Part shown: positions 30,580 to 42,238 of the stretch, piece by piece | Layout of the letters: every line of letters begins with the position of its first letter | Numbering within the stretch: the stretch's first letter is position 1 | Assembly: GCA_963761335.1 (NCBI GenBank) | Contig: CAVXGR010000012.1 | Coordinates: 288,001-352,000 of the forward strand | Reading direction: 5' to 3' | Length of the DNA stretch: 64,000 nucleotides | Source: an uncultured delta proteobacterium | Lineage (GTDB): Bacteria > Desulfobacterota > Binatia > HRBIN30 > BPIQ01 | Notes under the pieces: generated by a model | What the model was told of the DNA's origin: nothing | What the model saw: only the letters and a program-made list of their open reading frames with translations | Database searches by the model: none | Translations under genes and position numbers: made by a program

Positions 30580-30867
30580 ATGGTGGTGGGCGTTCTGAAG
30601 CTCACCCTGTATCTGCCTGAGAATCACTCGCTCAAAGGCAAGCGCGGGGTCCTGAAGAAGATCAAGGCCCGCGTGTCCAACAAGTTCAACGTCTCGATCG
30701 CCGAATGCGAGGCCCAGGACCTCTGGCAGCGCGCCGTCCTCGGCATCAGCCAGGTCGGCTCCGAGGTGGGGCACGTCGACGCCTCGTTGCGCGAGGTGGT
30801 GCGCTTCATCGACGAGATGCAGATCGCCGAGCTCGGCGAGGAAGAGCTGGACTTCGCTCACTACTGA
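30580..30867 (+). CDS. DUF503 (YlxP) family protein
   Basis: SLKGKRGV, KFNVSIAE...QDLWQRA; between infB and rbfA. Confidence 0.92.
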   Translation: MVVGVLKLTLYLPENHSLKGKRGVLKKIKARVSNKFNVSIAECEAQDLWQRAVLGISQVGSEVGHVDASLREVVRFIDEMQIAELGEEELDFAHY

Positions 30868-30880
30868 GCGAAGGTGAGCC

Positions 30881-31237
30881 ATGAGCGTGCGCCGCGCCGA
30901 CCGCGTCGCGGATCTGGTCCGCGCCGCCATTGCCGAGATCCTCCTGCGGGAGATCAAGGATCCCCGTATCGGCCTGGTGACCCTGACCGCCGTCGAGATG
31001 AGCGACGACCTGCGCCACGCGCGCGTCTACTTCAGCGTCGTCGGCGACGACAAGACGCGCCAGCAGTCGCTCAAGGGGCTGCGCAGCGCCGCCGGCTTCA
31101 TTCGCCGCGAGGTCGGCCACCGCCTCGAGCTCCGCTTCGCTCCCGAGATCGCCTTTCACCTCGATCCCGGCCCCGAGCGCGCCCAGCGCCTGGCGGAGCT
31201 GCTGCATCACGACCACCGCGACGATGAGTCGAGCTGA
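30881..31237 (+). CDS. rbfA: Ribosome-binding factor A
   Basis: RADRVA, EIKDPRIG, SDDLRHARVY, LRFAPEIAF. Confidence 0.96.
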   Translation: MSVRRADRVADLVRAAIAEILLREIKDPRIGLVTLTAVEMSDDLRHARVYFSVVGDDKTRQQSLKGLRSAAGFIRREVGHRLELRFAPEIAFHLDPGPERAQRLAELLHHDHRDDESS

Positions 31238-32114
31238 AGGGCCCGACGGCATCCTCCTGATCGACAAGCCGGAGGGGATCACCTCCGCCGAGGTGGTGCG
31301 GCAAGTGAAGCGCACGCTGCAGGTCAAGGTCGGCCACCTCGGCACCCTGGATCCCTTCGCCAGTGGCGTCCTGCCCCTGTGCCTCGGGGAAGGCACCAAG
31401 ATCGCACAGTTTCTCAACACCGCTGACAAGTCGTATGCGGGCCTGATCCGCCTCGGCGTGCGCACCGACAGCGGCGATCGCACCGGAGTCGAGGTCGAGC
31501 GCCGGCCGGTGCCGCCGCTCGACGAGGGCCGCTGCGCGCAGGTGGCCGGCGACTTCCTCGGCGAACGGCTGCAGACGCCGCCGATGCACTCCGCCGTGAA
31601 GCGCGACGGCGTTCCCCTCTACAAGCTGGCGCGGCGCGGCGTCGAAGTGGAGCGCGTGCCGCGCCGCATTCGCATCGACCGCCTGGAGATGGCGCCGAGC
31701 GGGACCGAGGCGCTGCGCTTCTCCTGCGACTGCTCCAAGGGAACCTACGTGCGCGTCCTCGCCGAGGAGATCGGCGCTGCCCTCGGCACCGCGGCCCATC
31801 TCGAGCAGCTGCGCCGCACCCGCTTCGGCCATTTTCGCGTCGGCGATGCCCTCCTCCTCCCTCTCGACCGCGAGGCAACCGCGCCTGCCGTCATCTCGCC
31901 GCGAGAGGCCCTGCCGGAGATTCCCGAGCTCTGCGTCGACGCCGCCGATGCGGCGCGCGTGCGCCGCGGACAGACGAGCGCCCTGGCCCGGCTGCCGGCA
32001 CCGCCCCACCCCGAGGCCGTCGCCAAGCTCGTCGGCGACGACGGCGCCCTCCTCGCCGTCGTCGTCTCCGGCGCCGACTGCCGCTGGTCCTATGCGCGCG
32101 TCATGGCGGCGTGA
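31224..32114 (+). CDS. truB: tRNA pseudouridine(55) synthase TruB
   Basis: DKPEGITS, KVGHLGTLDPFASGVL, CSKGTYVR, LRRT. Confidence 0.96.
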   Translation: MSRAEGPDGILLIDKPEGITSAEVVRQVKRTLQVKVGHLGTLDPFASGVLPLCLGEGTKIAQFLNTADKSYAGLIRLGVRTDSGDRTGVEVERRPVPPLDEGRCAQVAGDFLGERLQTPPMHSAVKRDGVPLYKLARRGVEVERVPRRIRIDRLEMAPSGTEALRFSCDCSKGTYVRVLAEEIGAALGTAAHLEQLRRTRFGHFRVGDALLLPLDREATAPAVISPREALPEIPELCVDAADAARVRRGQTSALARLPAPPHPEAVAKLVGDDGALLAVVVSGADCRWSYARVMAA

Positions 32115-32188
32115 GGGGACAGGCAAGTTTTGCGCGTGATTTCGCGCTGCCGGAAATCACTTTCGCGCCGCAAAAGTAGCCGGTCCCC
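32115..32188. repeat. GGGGACAGGC palindromic element, copy 4 (reverse orientation)
   Basis: GGGGACAGGCAAGTTTTGCG ... CGCAAAAGTAGCCGGTCCCC directly after the truB stop. Confidence 0.75.
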
Positions 32189-32228
32189 GCCTTTCACGGG
32201 CACCCGGAATGATGGTATCTCGCTGCCA

Positions 32229-33836
<1,608 letters not shown>

Positions 33837-33842
33837 GGGGAG

Positions 33843-35366
33843 ATGGAGATGAAGCGCATCCGACGTGTCCTGGTGGCCAACCGCGGCGAAATCGCCATCC
33901 GCATCATGCGCGCCTGCCGCGAGGCCGGCCTCGAGAGCGTCGCCGTCTACTCCGAGGCCGACGCGCGGGCACCGCATCTTCGATACGCCAGTGCCGCCGT
34001 CTGCATCGGTCCCGCCCCGAGCAGCGAGAGCTATCTGCGCATCGACCGCATCGTCGAGGCCGCCCGGGAGACGAAGGCCGACGCGGTACATCCGGGATAC
34101 GGTTTTCTGGCGGAGAACGCCGCCTTCGCGCGCGCCGTCGAGGACAGCGGACTGATCTTCGTCGGCCCGACCTCTGCCGCCATCGCCGCCATGGGCGACA
34201 AGACCCTGGCGCGCCGGACGGTGGCGGCTGCAGGCGTCCCCGTGGTTCCGGCGAACGAATCACCGCCGAGCGACGCCACCCACCTCGCCACCGCCGCCGA
34301 GCAGCTCGGCTTCCCGCTGCTGATCAAAGCCGCCGCCGGCGGCGGCGGCAAGGGAATGCGCATCGTGCGCCAGCCGACGGAGCTGGCAAACGCCTTTGCG
34401 GCGTCGGCGCGCGAGGCGGGAAGCGCTTTCGGCGACGACCGCGTCTTCCTGGAACGCTACATCGAGCGGCCCCGCCACGTCGAGGTGCAGGTGCTCGGCG
34501 ACGCCGCCGGCAACCTCATCCACCTCGGCGAACGCGAGTGCTCGATTCAGCGCCGCCATCAGAAGATCATCGAGGAGACCCCCTCCCCCGCCGTCACTCC
34601 CGAGCTGCGCCGGCAGATGACCGAGGCGGCGATCGCCGCGGCGCGCAGCGTCGGCTATCACAACGCCGGCACCGTCGAGTTCATCCTCGACCAGTCCGGC
34701 CGCTTCTACTTTCTGGAGATGAACACCCGGCTGCAGGTCGAGCATCCGGTCACCGAGCTGGTCACCGGCGTCGATCTCGTCCGCGCCCAGCTGCGCATCG
34801 CCGACGGCGAGAGCCTGTGGCTCGCGCAGGAGGACGTCGCCGCCCGCGGCCACGCCATCGAGTGCCGCGTCTACGCCGAGGATCCGGCGCAGCAGTTTCT
34901 CCCGAGCCCCGGCACCATCGCGCTTCTTCAGGAGCCGCAGGGACCCGGGATACGCATCGATTCGGGCATCGAGGCCGGCTTCGCGGTGCCCCTCTTCTAC
35001 GACCCGCTGCTCAGCAAGATCTCGGCGCACGGAGAGGACCGCGAGTCGGCGCGGCGGCGACTGGTCGCCGCGCTCGCGGACTGCGCCATCCTCGGCTGCA
35101 CCACCAACCTCTCCTTCTTGCTCGACATCCTCGAGCACCCCGCCTTCGCCAGCGGCGACACACACACCCACTTCGTCGAGGAGCACTTCCCCCACTGGCC
35201 GGGACGCGAGCATCACCGCCTGCTGGCGGCGCTCGCCGCCGCCATCGATACGGTCCGCCGGCCGGCGGGTTCCGCGGCGATGGCCGCGGGGCCTGGCGGC
35301 GCCGTGGCTCCCTCGCCGTGGACGACTCTCGGACACTGGCGCCTCGGCCAGGGAGCGGAGGCCTGA
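33843..35366 (+). CDS. Biotin carboxylase subunit (MCC alpha, N-terminal part)
   Basis: ANRGEIA, HPGYGFLAEN, GGGGKGMR, ERECSIQRRHQK, EMNTRLQVEH; no biotin attachment site. Confidence 0.93.
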   Translation: MEMKRIRRVLVANRGEIAIRIMRACREAGLESVAVYSEADARAPHLRYASAAVCIGPAPSSESYLRIDRIVEAARETKADAVHPGYGFLAENAAFARAVEDSGLIFVGPTSAAIAAMGDKTLARRTVAAAGVPVVPANESPPSDATHLATAAEQLGFPLLIKAAAGGGGKGMRIVRQPTELANAFAASAREAGSAFGDDRVFLERYIERPRHVEVQVLGDAAGNLIHLGERECSIQRRHQKIIEETPSPAVTPELRRQMTEAAIAAARSVGYHNAGTVEFILDQSGRFYFLEMNTRLQVEHPVTELVTGVDLVRAQLRIADGESLWLAQEDVAARGHAIECRVYAEDPAQQFLPSPGTIALLQEPQGPGIRIDSGIEAGFAVPLFYDPLLSKISAHGEDRESARRRLVAALADCAILGCTTNLSFLLDILEHPAFASGDTHTHFVEEHFPHWPGREHHRLLAALAAAIDTVRRPAGSAAMAAGPGGAVAPSPWTTLGHWRLGQGAEA

Positions 35367-35367
35367 G

Positions 35368-35877
35368 ATGCGCCTGCAGCTACGGCACCGACAGCATTCG
35401 ATCACGGTTGAGCTGCATGCCGACGGCGATCACTATCGCGCCACCATCGGCGAGGATGAGATCGAGGTCGAGGCTCACTACCTCGATGACAGTACCCTGG
35501 TGCTCACGGTCGGCGGGCGGCAACAGCGCCTGCGCATCGCCCGCGTGGGGCGCGATCGACTGGTTGCCGCCGGCGGCGAGTCATATACCTTCATCGCCGA
35601 GAGCGGTGGCGAGGGGCACGGGGTGGCAGCCGCGCTGGCGCCTCCGGAGATCATCGCCCCCATGCCCGGAAAGGTGTTGCAGGTGCTGGTACGCCCCGGA
35701 GAGCGCGTCGCCGTCGGCGACGGCCTCGTCGTCCTCGAGGCGATGAAGATGGAGAACCGCATGCTCGCCGAGGCTCCGGCGACGGTCAGCGAGGTGCGCG
35801 TCGAGGAGGGGCAGATGGTGGACGGCGGCCAGGTTCTGGTGGTTCTCCTCTACGACGAGGAATCGGGCAAGGGCTGA
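35368..35877 (+). CDS. Biotin carboxyl carrier protein with BT-like N-terminal domain
   Basis: APMPGKV...LEAMKMEN biotinylation motif. Confidence 0.92.
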   Translation: MRLQLRHRQHSITVELHADGDHYRATIGEDEIEVEAHYLDDSTLVLTVGGRQQRLRIARVGRDRLVAAGGESYTFIAESGGEGHGVAAALAPPEIIAPMPGKVLQVLVRPGERVAVGDGLVVLEAMKMENRMLAEAPATVSEVRVEEGQMVDGGQVLVVLLYDEESGKG

Positions 35878-36359
35878 ACGGCGGCGGCCGGGTTGCCGCG
35901 CGGCGAGAGGATGACCACCGGGATGTCGCGGGTGGTGCGCGCCTGGTAGTCGGCGTAGCTCGGATACATCGCCACCAGCCGCGGCCACAAGGCCGCCTTC
36001 TCCTCGGCGCTGGCGCGCCGCGCCCGCATCGGCAGCTTGCGGCGACGCACCTCGATCTCCACGTCCGGACGGGCCTCGAGATTCTTGTACCAGAGGGGAT
36101 GGTGCGACATGCCGCCTTTCGAGGCGACGACGACGTACCCGTCGCCATCTTCCAGGTAGAGGAGAGGCGCCGTCTGCGGCTGCCCGCTGCGCCGGCCGAT
36201 GGTCGTCAACAAGAGGACCGGGGCGCCGCCCGGAAAGCGTCCCCCCAACCGACCGCCACTGGCGCGGTACGCCCAGGTGTTGAGCCGCGACATCACGCGG
36301 ATGACGGCGGTGCCGAGCTTCTCCTGCCCGGGCGTAAACGGTCGCACCTGCTTGGCCAT
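35850..36359 (-). CDS. Deazaflavin (F420)-dependent nitroreductase/oxidoreductase family protein (Ddn-like)
   Basis: Last 169 aa of the 1241-aa ORF: LLLTTIGRRSG, VVVASKGG..HPLWYKNL, YADYQARTTRDIPVVIL; SD GGAGGA. Confidence 0.92.
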   Translation of the reverse strand: MAKQVRPFTPGQEKLGTAVIRVMSRLNTWAYRASGGRLGGRFPGGAPVLLLTTIGRRSGQPQTAPLLYLEDGDGYVVVASKGGMSHHPLWYKNLEARPDVEIEVRRRKLPMRARRASAEEKAALWPRLVAMYPSYADYQARTTRDIPVVILSPRGNPAAAVQPLPDSSS

Positions 36360-36497
36360 ATGCATTCCTCCGCAGGCGCAGAGGAGCGCAGAACGCGCTT
36401 CTTTGCAAACACCTCGCCCCCGCATCCTTGACGCGCCATCGCGAATCGGCGTAGGCGGAGCGACCGACATGAGCAAGGGAAGCAAGGGGAGGACGGA

Positions 36498-38966
36498 ATG
36501 AGAAGGCGAACTTGGCCGCGGGGGATGCTCGTCGCACTGCTGCTGATCGCCGCCTGCGATGACGATCGCCCGCGGCAGCCAACGCCGACGCCGGCGACCT
36601 CGCCGACGCCCGCCGCGACGGCCGTGCCGACGCTGACGCCGAGCCCGCAGCCCGCCACCCCCACCGCCAGCGCGCTCCCGACCGAAACGTCGCCCCCGGC
36701 GTTGCTGCCGGTGCTCGTCTCGAGCGATCCGCCCGGCGGTAGCGCCGGGGTGCCGGTCAGCGCCTGGATCCGTCTCGACTTCGCCGCGGCTGTCGGCGCG
36801 CCGCCGGCATCGAGCTTCGACCTGCGCTGCGGCGGGGTGCAGCCGCCGTTCGCGGTCTTCCCCCTGCGCGGCACCGCGGAGCCCGACGCCTCGACTCTCG
36901 TCCTCAACCCCGAAAACGACCTTCCCGCGGGCGTCACCTGCGACCTCTCCTGGAACGGCCCCGCGGGAGCGGAGCTCCTGCGCTTCAGCACCGCCCCCGC
37001 AGCGGCGATGGCGACGGCGATCTGCGACCGGACGAACCCGCGCCTGACGACGCCGTTCCCCGACGACTACTGGCTCGTCCCCGACTCCGGCACGGCAACC
37101 GGCGTCCGCGTCGACTTCCCGGTGCCTCCCGTGCCGGCGTTCGAGCAGAGCATCTACGCCGCGCTGCTGGAGGGCGCCAACACTCTCGACGGCTTCAGCC
37201 CCATCGCTCACTTCGTCGTCGAGACCTCGGCGCCGCTCGACCCGGATTCCCTGCCGCACACCGCTGCGGAATCCCTCGACCCGCTGGCCAGCGTCGGCCT
37301 CTACAACCTCGGTTCGCCACCCGCCCCGGGGGCGCCCTGCCCCACGTCCGGGTGTCAAGACTTCTCGTCGACGGGTCAGCGCATCCCCTTCGAGCTGCAG
37401 CTGCGCACCGACACCAGCGTGCGCGGCGTGGTCTCGCACACGATGCTGATCTTCCCGTCCATTCCCTTGACCCCGGGCGGACACTACGGGCTGGTGGTCA
37501 CCCGCCGCGCCCTGACCGCAGCGGGCCAGCCGCTCGATCCCTCGCCGTTCACGACGGCGCTTCTCGGCGACTCGCTGTCCGGAGACGCCGCCGAGGTACA
37601 GCGCGCCCGGCCACTGTTGCGCGAGGTCCTCGATACCGTCCGCAGCTCGGCGGCACTGCCGATTCCGGACGAAGACGTGGCCCTCGCGGTGCGCATCTCG
37701 ATTCGCACCATCGACGACATCCCGAGCGATCTGCTGGCCATCAAGTCGCAGGTACTGGCAGCGCCGCCGCCGGCGACCACCGTGGAGAGTGTCGCCGGCG
37801 ATTCTGATCCGCACGTCGCCGCTGTGGTTACCGGCACCTGGCAGGCGCCCGACTGGCGCGACGGCCTCTTCTTCTCGCGCGACGCCGGCGGCCTGCCGCA
37901 GAAGGCGCACAGCGCACCGATCGCTTTCACACTCGCCCTGCCGGCGGCGGCGCTCGGCGGCCCGGTGCCGGTGATCATGTACCAGCACGGCAACCCGGGC
38001 AGCTCCGAGGCCGAGGTTCCGCGCAATGCGCGGCGCGGCCTCGCCGAAGCCGGCTTCGCCGTCATCGGCTTCACCGATCCGCTGAACCGCGAGGTCACGC
38101 CCGGGGTCACCGACGACGATGAGGCGGCCGTGGAGCAGACCACCGCTGTCCTTCTGCCGCTGCTGCAGTCGCACCAGATCCCCGACTACTTCATCGAGGC
38201 CAACGCCGAGCAGATCGCCTTCGTCCGCATGATCCAGGGGCTCGGCGATCTGGACATCCTGCCGATCGGCGCCCCCGACGGGGTTCCCGATCTCGACATC
38301 GACGCACCTCTCACCTACGTAGGGATCAGCGACGGTGCCAATCATGCTCCCGCCTTTCTGCCCTATGCGCCGGAGATCCGCGCCGCAGCGCTGGTGGTCG
38401 GCAGCGGCCGTCTCGCCGAGACTCTCATCCACCAGCAGGCGCAGGCGCTGCTCGAGGGCGTCGGCGGGTTCTTTCCCAACCTGACACCGGCCGATCTGTG
38501 GATGGGATTCACGCTGTTCCAGATGATCTTCGACCGCCAGGACCCGCACAACTACGCCGGCTTGATCTACCGGAATCCGCTGCCGATCGCCGGCGACACC
38601 GCCAAGGCGAGCATCCTCCTCACCGAAGGCCTCGACGACCCGCTGGTGCCCAACAATGCGACCGACTCGCTCGCCTGGGAGATCGGTCCGCTGCCGCACG
38701 TGCGACCGGTACAGCGCCCGGTACCCTATCTCACCCCGACGGATGCGCCGATCTCCGCCAACATCGACGGCCACACCACGGCGGCGTTTTACCAGTTCGT
38801 CCCCGCCGGCGTCTCCGGCGTCGATCCCACGCCCGGATGCGTCAACCAGCCCAGCGGTCACTTTTGCCCACAGACGAGCGCCGAGGGGATGTATCAGCGA
38901 GTCGTCTTCTTGCAGAGCGCCCTCAGCGAGATGGCGCCGAGGGTCGTCGATCCGCTGGCTCGGTGA
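36498..38966 (+). CDS. Large lipoprotein: PT linker, Ig-like domain and alpha/beta-hydrolase-like domain
   Basis: Lipobox IAAC; VSSDPPGG Ig-like start; PFPDD, LDGFS, YQHG, nucleophile elbow YVGISDG, late GHF. Confidence 0.75.
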   Translation: MRRRTWPRGMLVALLLIAACDDDRPRQPTPTPATSPTPAATAVPTLTPSPQPATPTASALPTETSPPALLPVLVSSDPPGGSAGVPVSAWIRLDFAAAVGAPPASSFDLRCGGVQPPFAVFPLRGTAEPDASTLVLNPENDLPAGVTCDLSWNGPAGAELLRFSTAPAAAMATAICDRTNPRLTTPFPDDYWLVPDSGTATGVRVDFPVPPVPAFEQSIYAALLEGANTLDGFSPIAHFVVETSAPLDPDSLPHTAAESLDPLASVGLYNLGSPPAPGAPCPTSGCQDFSSTGQRIPFELQLRTDTSVRGVVSHTMLIFPSIPLTPGGHYGLVVTRRALTAAGQPLDPSPFTTALLGDSLSGDAAEVQRARPLLREVLDTVRSSAALPIPDEDVALAVRISIRTIDDIPSDLLAIKSQVLAAPPPATTVESVAGDSDPHVAAVVTGTWQAPDWRDGLFFSRDAGGLPQKAHSAPIAFTLALPAAALGGPVPVIMYQHGNPGSSEAEVPRNARRGLAEAGFAVIGFTDPLNREVTPGVTDDDEAAVEQTTAVLLPLLQSHQIPDYFIEANAEQIAFVRMIQGLGDLDILPIGAPDGVPDLDIDAPLTYVGISDGANHAPAFLPYAPEIRAAALVVGSGRLAETLIHQQAQALLEGVGGFFPNLTPADLWMGFTLFQMIFDRQDPHNYAGLIYRNPLPIAGDTAKASILLTEGLDDPLVPNNATDSLAWEIGPLPHVRPVQRPVPYLTPTDAPISANIDGHTTAAFYQFVPAGVSGVDPTPGCVNQPSGHFCPQTSAEGMYQRVVFLQSALSEMAPRVVDPLAR

Positions 38967-38984
38967 GCAGAGGAGAGAATCGAG

Positions 38985-39647
38985 ATGACAGGCATTGGAA
39001 TCTATGAAGTCATGAGCACAACCCGCGCCGTGCGCCGCCTGCGCCCCGATCCGATTCCGGACGACGTTCTGCGGCGCGTGATCGAGGCGGCCAACTGGGC
39101 ACCGACGGGAGGCAATGCGCAGCCCTGGCGGGTGATCGCCGTGCGCGACGCGCAGAAGCGGCAGCGCCTTCAGGAGCTCTACATCGGACCCTGGGAGCAG
39201 TATGCCGAGGCGCATCGGGCGCGACTCGGCGGCGTGTCTACCAGCGAGCGCCAGCGCCAGGAGCGCATGCTCGCCGCCGCCGACCATCTCGCTCGCAACC
39301 TGCACCACGCGCCGGTGATCCTGGTCTTCTGCTTCAATCCCAAGCTGATGGCGATCACCGACGCCGGCCTTGATCGCCCCTCGGTGGTCGGCGGCGCCTC
39401 GGTCTACCCCGCCGTGGAGAACGCCCTGCTCGCCTGCCGCGCCGAGGGTCTCGGGTGTACTCTGACGACGCTGCTCTGCTTCCGGGAAGCCGAGGTGAAG
39501 AGCACCCTCCGCATCCCCGCCGACTGGGGAACCTGCGCCTTCGTGCCCATCGGCTACCCGGAGGGACGAGGACACGGGCCGCTGCAGCGCCGTCCGGTCG
39601 AGAAGATGGTGTTCCTCGACAGCTGGGGAGAGCCCCTCTTCGAGTAA
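38985..39647 (+). CDS. Nitroreductase family protein
   Basis: TRAVRR..PDPIP, APTGGNAQPWR, LACRAEGLG, PIGYP. Confidence 0.92.
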   Translation: MTGIGIYEVMSTTRAVRRLRPDPIPDDVLRRVIEAANWAPTGGNAQPWRVIAVRDAQKRQRLQELYIGPWEQYAEAHRARLGGVSTSERQRQERMLAAADHLARNLHHAPVILVFCFNPKLMAITDAGLDRPSVVGGASVYPAVENALLACRAEGLGCTLTTLLCFREAEVKSTLRIPADWGTCAFVPIGYPEGRGHGPLQRRPVEKMVFLDSWGEPLFE

Positions 39648-39658
39648 CCGGCTCCCGC

Positions 39659-40567
39659 TCAGGCGAGGCGCGTGCCCGGGGCCAAGCCGCGCGCCGCGGC
39701 GATCTCCGCGGCGGCGCCCTTGGCGTCGCCGGCGCGCAGTCGCCGGGCGCGAATGGCGCCGCCGACGGCGCCGACGAGGATGCCCTGCGGCGAGACCTCC
39801 GCCACCACTCCCGGCACAAAGCTCCCCTCCGACTCCGCCCGCGCATCGTAGAATCGCAGCTTCTCGCCCGCCAGCTCCGCGTAGGCGCCGGGCTGCGGGT
39901 CACAGCCGCGAATCAGGTTGTAGACCTCCGCCACCGGGCGATTCCAGTCGATGCGCGCGTGCTCGTCGCGACAGAGAGGATCGTAGCTGGCGCGCGACTC
40001 GTCCTGGGCGATGCGGGGCGCGCGGCCCGTGGCGACCAGATCGACAGCTTCGATCACCGTGCTGACCCCGAGCGGAAAGAGCGTGTCGTAGTAGAGTGAG
40101 CCGGCCGTATCGTCAGCGCCGATGACCGCCCCCTTCTGGAGCAGGATCGCTCCGGTGTCGATGCCGGGATCCACCCAGAAGACGGTCACTCCGCCGGCGC
40201 TCTCACCGCGAATCAGCTGCCAGTTGATGGCGCTGCCACCCCGATGGCGGGGCAACAACGAGGGGTGAAAGCAGATGCTGCCGAACTGCGGCGTCTCGAA
40301 CACATCCTGGGGCACGATCTGCGTGACATAGGCCAGGACGCCGAGATCCGCCCGCAGCTCGGCGAACTCCTGCTGCACGCCCGCCGCCTTGAGCGAGCGG
40401 TGCTGGCGCACCGGAATGCCGATCGCCAAGGCGCGCGCCTTGGCGGGATCGACGCGGCTGCCGGCGTCGGGGGGACAGTACAGCGCGGCGATCTCGTGGC
40501 CGTGCTCACGCAGTCCGTCGAGCACTTTCTCCGCAAAGGCCGCCTGTCCCACCAAAACGATTCGCAT
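39659..40567 (-). CDS. Formyltransferase-fold protein resembling the 10-formyl-THF hydrolase domain of ALDH1L1
   Basis: MRIVLVGQ..F, GSICFHPSLLPRHRGGSAINW, FWVDPGIDTG, LFPLG, IDWNRP...NLIRG.D..PGA. Confidence 0.85.
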   Translation of the reverse strand: MRIVLVGQAAFAEKVLDGLREHGHEIAALYCPPDAGSRVDPAKARALAIGIPVRQHRSLKAAGVQQEFAELRADLGVLAYVTQIVPQDVFETPQFGSICFHPSLLPRHRGGSAINWQLIRGESAGGVTVFWVDPGIDTGAILLQKGAVIGADDTAGSLYYDTLFPLGVSTVIEAVDLVATGRAPRIAQDESRASYDPLCRDEHARIDWNRPVAEVYNLIRGCDPQPGAYAELAGEKLRFYDARAESEGSFVPGVVAEVSPQGILVGAVGGAIRARRLRAGDAKGAAAEIAAARGLAPGTRLA

Positions 40568-40585
40568 GGCTCCTCCCGAGGTCAA

Positions 40586-41332
40586 TCAGCCGCGTCCGGC
40601 GAGTCGATCGAGCAGATTGCGCAAGGGAATGGAGACGCGGTCGGCCACCACCTTGGCATCCGCGGCACCCCGGATCAAGGAATTGTTGACCTCGATCTCG
40701 AGGTAGGGAACGCCATGGCGCCGCCCGTGGCTGCGCGCGCTGAAGATCAAACCCTCGAATGCCGAGTACGGCTCGTTGTGCCGCGAGTCGAACCCCTGCG
40801 CCCGCAGGCCGCAGATCAAGCTCTCCGCCTCCTCCAGGTAGTCGTCGTAGAGCACCCCGACGTCGAAGCGGCGGCAGTCGCCGCGCGTCTCGGCCGTGAA
40901 GCTGTGAACGCTGAGCAGCAGGCGGGTGTCGCCTCGGCTCGCGAGGAGCCCGTCGATGGCGTCGTGGTAGGGCTCGTAGAACGAGGCGATGCGCCGCTGC
41001 CGCTCGTCTTCGTCGACGCCTCGGTTCCCAGGTACATCGACCCCGTGGGTCTCCACCGCGATCAGGTCGAAATCCGAGAGCCCGCGATTGCAGTCGATCA
41101 GAAGCCGCGACCAGGCGCTCTCCACCAGCGGCGCCGAGAACCGGGACGACAGCTGGCGCGCCACCGCGGCGGCGCCGATGTCCCAGCCGATGTGGTCCTC
41201 GAGGTGCTGAGCCATCAGCCCCAGCCCGGCATATGCGGGTGGCAGTGCACAGGAGGCATGCTCGCAGGTCAGCAGCAGCGGCGACGCCGACGGCTGGCGC
41301 CAGCAGTGCACCGGGGGATCCACCATGTCCAA
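40586..41332 (-). CDS. N-formylglutamate amidohydrolase family protein
   Basis: LTCEHAS, HIGWDIGA, SRLLIDCNR, PYHDAI, SVHSFT, NEPY, EIEV. Confidence 0.92.
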   Translation of the reverse strand: MDMVDPPVHCWRQPSASPLLLTCEHASCALPPAYAGLGLMAQHLEDHIGWDIGAAAVARQLSSRFSAPLVESAWSRLLIDCNRGLSDFDLIAVETHGVDVPGNRGVDEDERQRRIASFYEPYHDAIDGLLASRGDTRLLLSVHSFTAETRGDCRRFDVGVLYDDYLEEAESLICGLRAQGFDSRHNEPYSAFEGLIFSARSHGRRHGVPYLEIEVNNSLIRGAADAKVVADRVSIPLRNLLDRLAGRG

Positions 41333-41338
41333 GGCGGT

Positions 41339-42076
41339 TCACCCCTTCAGATGCCTGGCGAGGAAGCGCTTCATTCTCTCCCAGGCGTCGGCCGCGGCCT
41401 GCTGCCGGTACGAATCCCGCTCGGCACAGAAGAACCCGTGCGGCGCTTCCGGATAGACCACGGTCTCAGCATCCTTGTGCAGCTCCGCCAAACGCCTCTC
41501 GATCTTCTCGACCTCCTCTGCCGGGATGAACCGATCCTGGCCGCCGAAGAAGAGGAGCATCGGTGCCGAGATCTGATCGGCGTACTGCAGCGCCGGCTTC
41601 GGGCGCCGCTCGCTGACCGCGTCGCTGCCGATGCCGCCGCCATAGAAGGGTACCGCAGCCTTCACCGCGGGGTTGCGGCAGGCGGTGATGAAGGTCACGT
41701 AGCCGCCCATGCAGAAGCCGGTGACGCCGATGCGATCGGCACGCACCTGCGGCAGCGCCTGAAGATGCGAGATCACCGCGGCCATGTCGGCGACCACCTT
41801 CTCGTCCGTGAGGGTGCTCATCAGACGAATCGCCTCGGGGAGCTCATCGTAGCCGACGGCGCGCCGGCTCTGGCGGTAGTAGAGATCGGGAGCGAGGGCG
41901 GCGTAGCCCTCGGACGCGAGCCGCGCCGCCACGTCTTTGATGTGATCGTTGAGGCCGAAGGCCTCCTGAACCACCACCACACCGGGGTATGCCCCGTCGC
42001 CTCGCGGCTGCGCCAGAAAAGCGGGCATGGCTCCGTCCGCGGCCCGAATCTCAACCATTTCTTTAGAAATCTCCAT
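41339..42076 (-). CDS. Dienelactone hydrolase family protein
   Basis: QEAFGLN, APDLY, GFCMGG, PFYGG, APHGF. Confidence 0.94.
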   Translation of the reverse strand: MEISKEMVEIRAADGAMPAFLAQPRGDGAYPGVVVVQEAFGLNDHIKDVAARLASEGYAALAPDLYYRQSRRAVGYDELPEAIRLMSTLTDEKVVADMAAVISHLQALPQVRADRIGVTGFCMGGYVTFITACRNPAVKAAVPFYGGGIGSDAVSERRPKPALQYADQISAPMLLFFGGQDRFIPAEEVEKIERRLAELHKDAETVVYPEAPHGFFCAERDSYRQQAAADAWERMKRFLARHLKG

Positions 42077-42238
42077 CGTCTCGACCTCCGTCTGGGCGAT
42101 TCCGCTGCTGTCGATTGAGGCTCGTCATAGCAAGGCGAGGCCCTGTCGAAAAGTGGACATTGACATACGCCAGCCGCTTCCATTACCTAGTCTCCCTTTT
42201 ACCGCCCTAAAACAGCTTTTGTCCCGAAGGAGATAGGC

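Noticed and set aside
28197..30605. 802-aa antisense ORF over infB (and similar shadows at 1930-3741, 9519-11168, 14047-15996, 40244-42118)
   Set aside because: Mirror frames of well-supported genes with no motifs of their own
35850..39575. 1241-aa minus-strand ORF
   Set aside because: Antisense shadow of the lipoprotein and nitroreductase genes; only the last 169 codons (from ATG 36359, with its own SD) encode a recognisable protein
39659..40567. Calling this gene fmt
   Set aside because: Lacks the Fmt-type N-terminal GTP.F motif and a def neighbour; resembles the formyl-THF hydrolase subgroup
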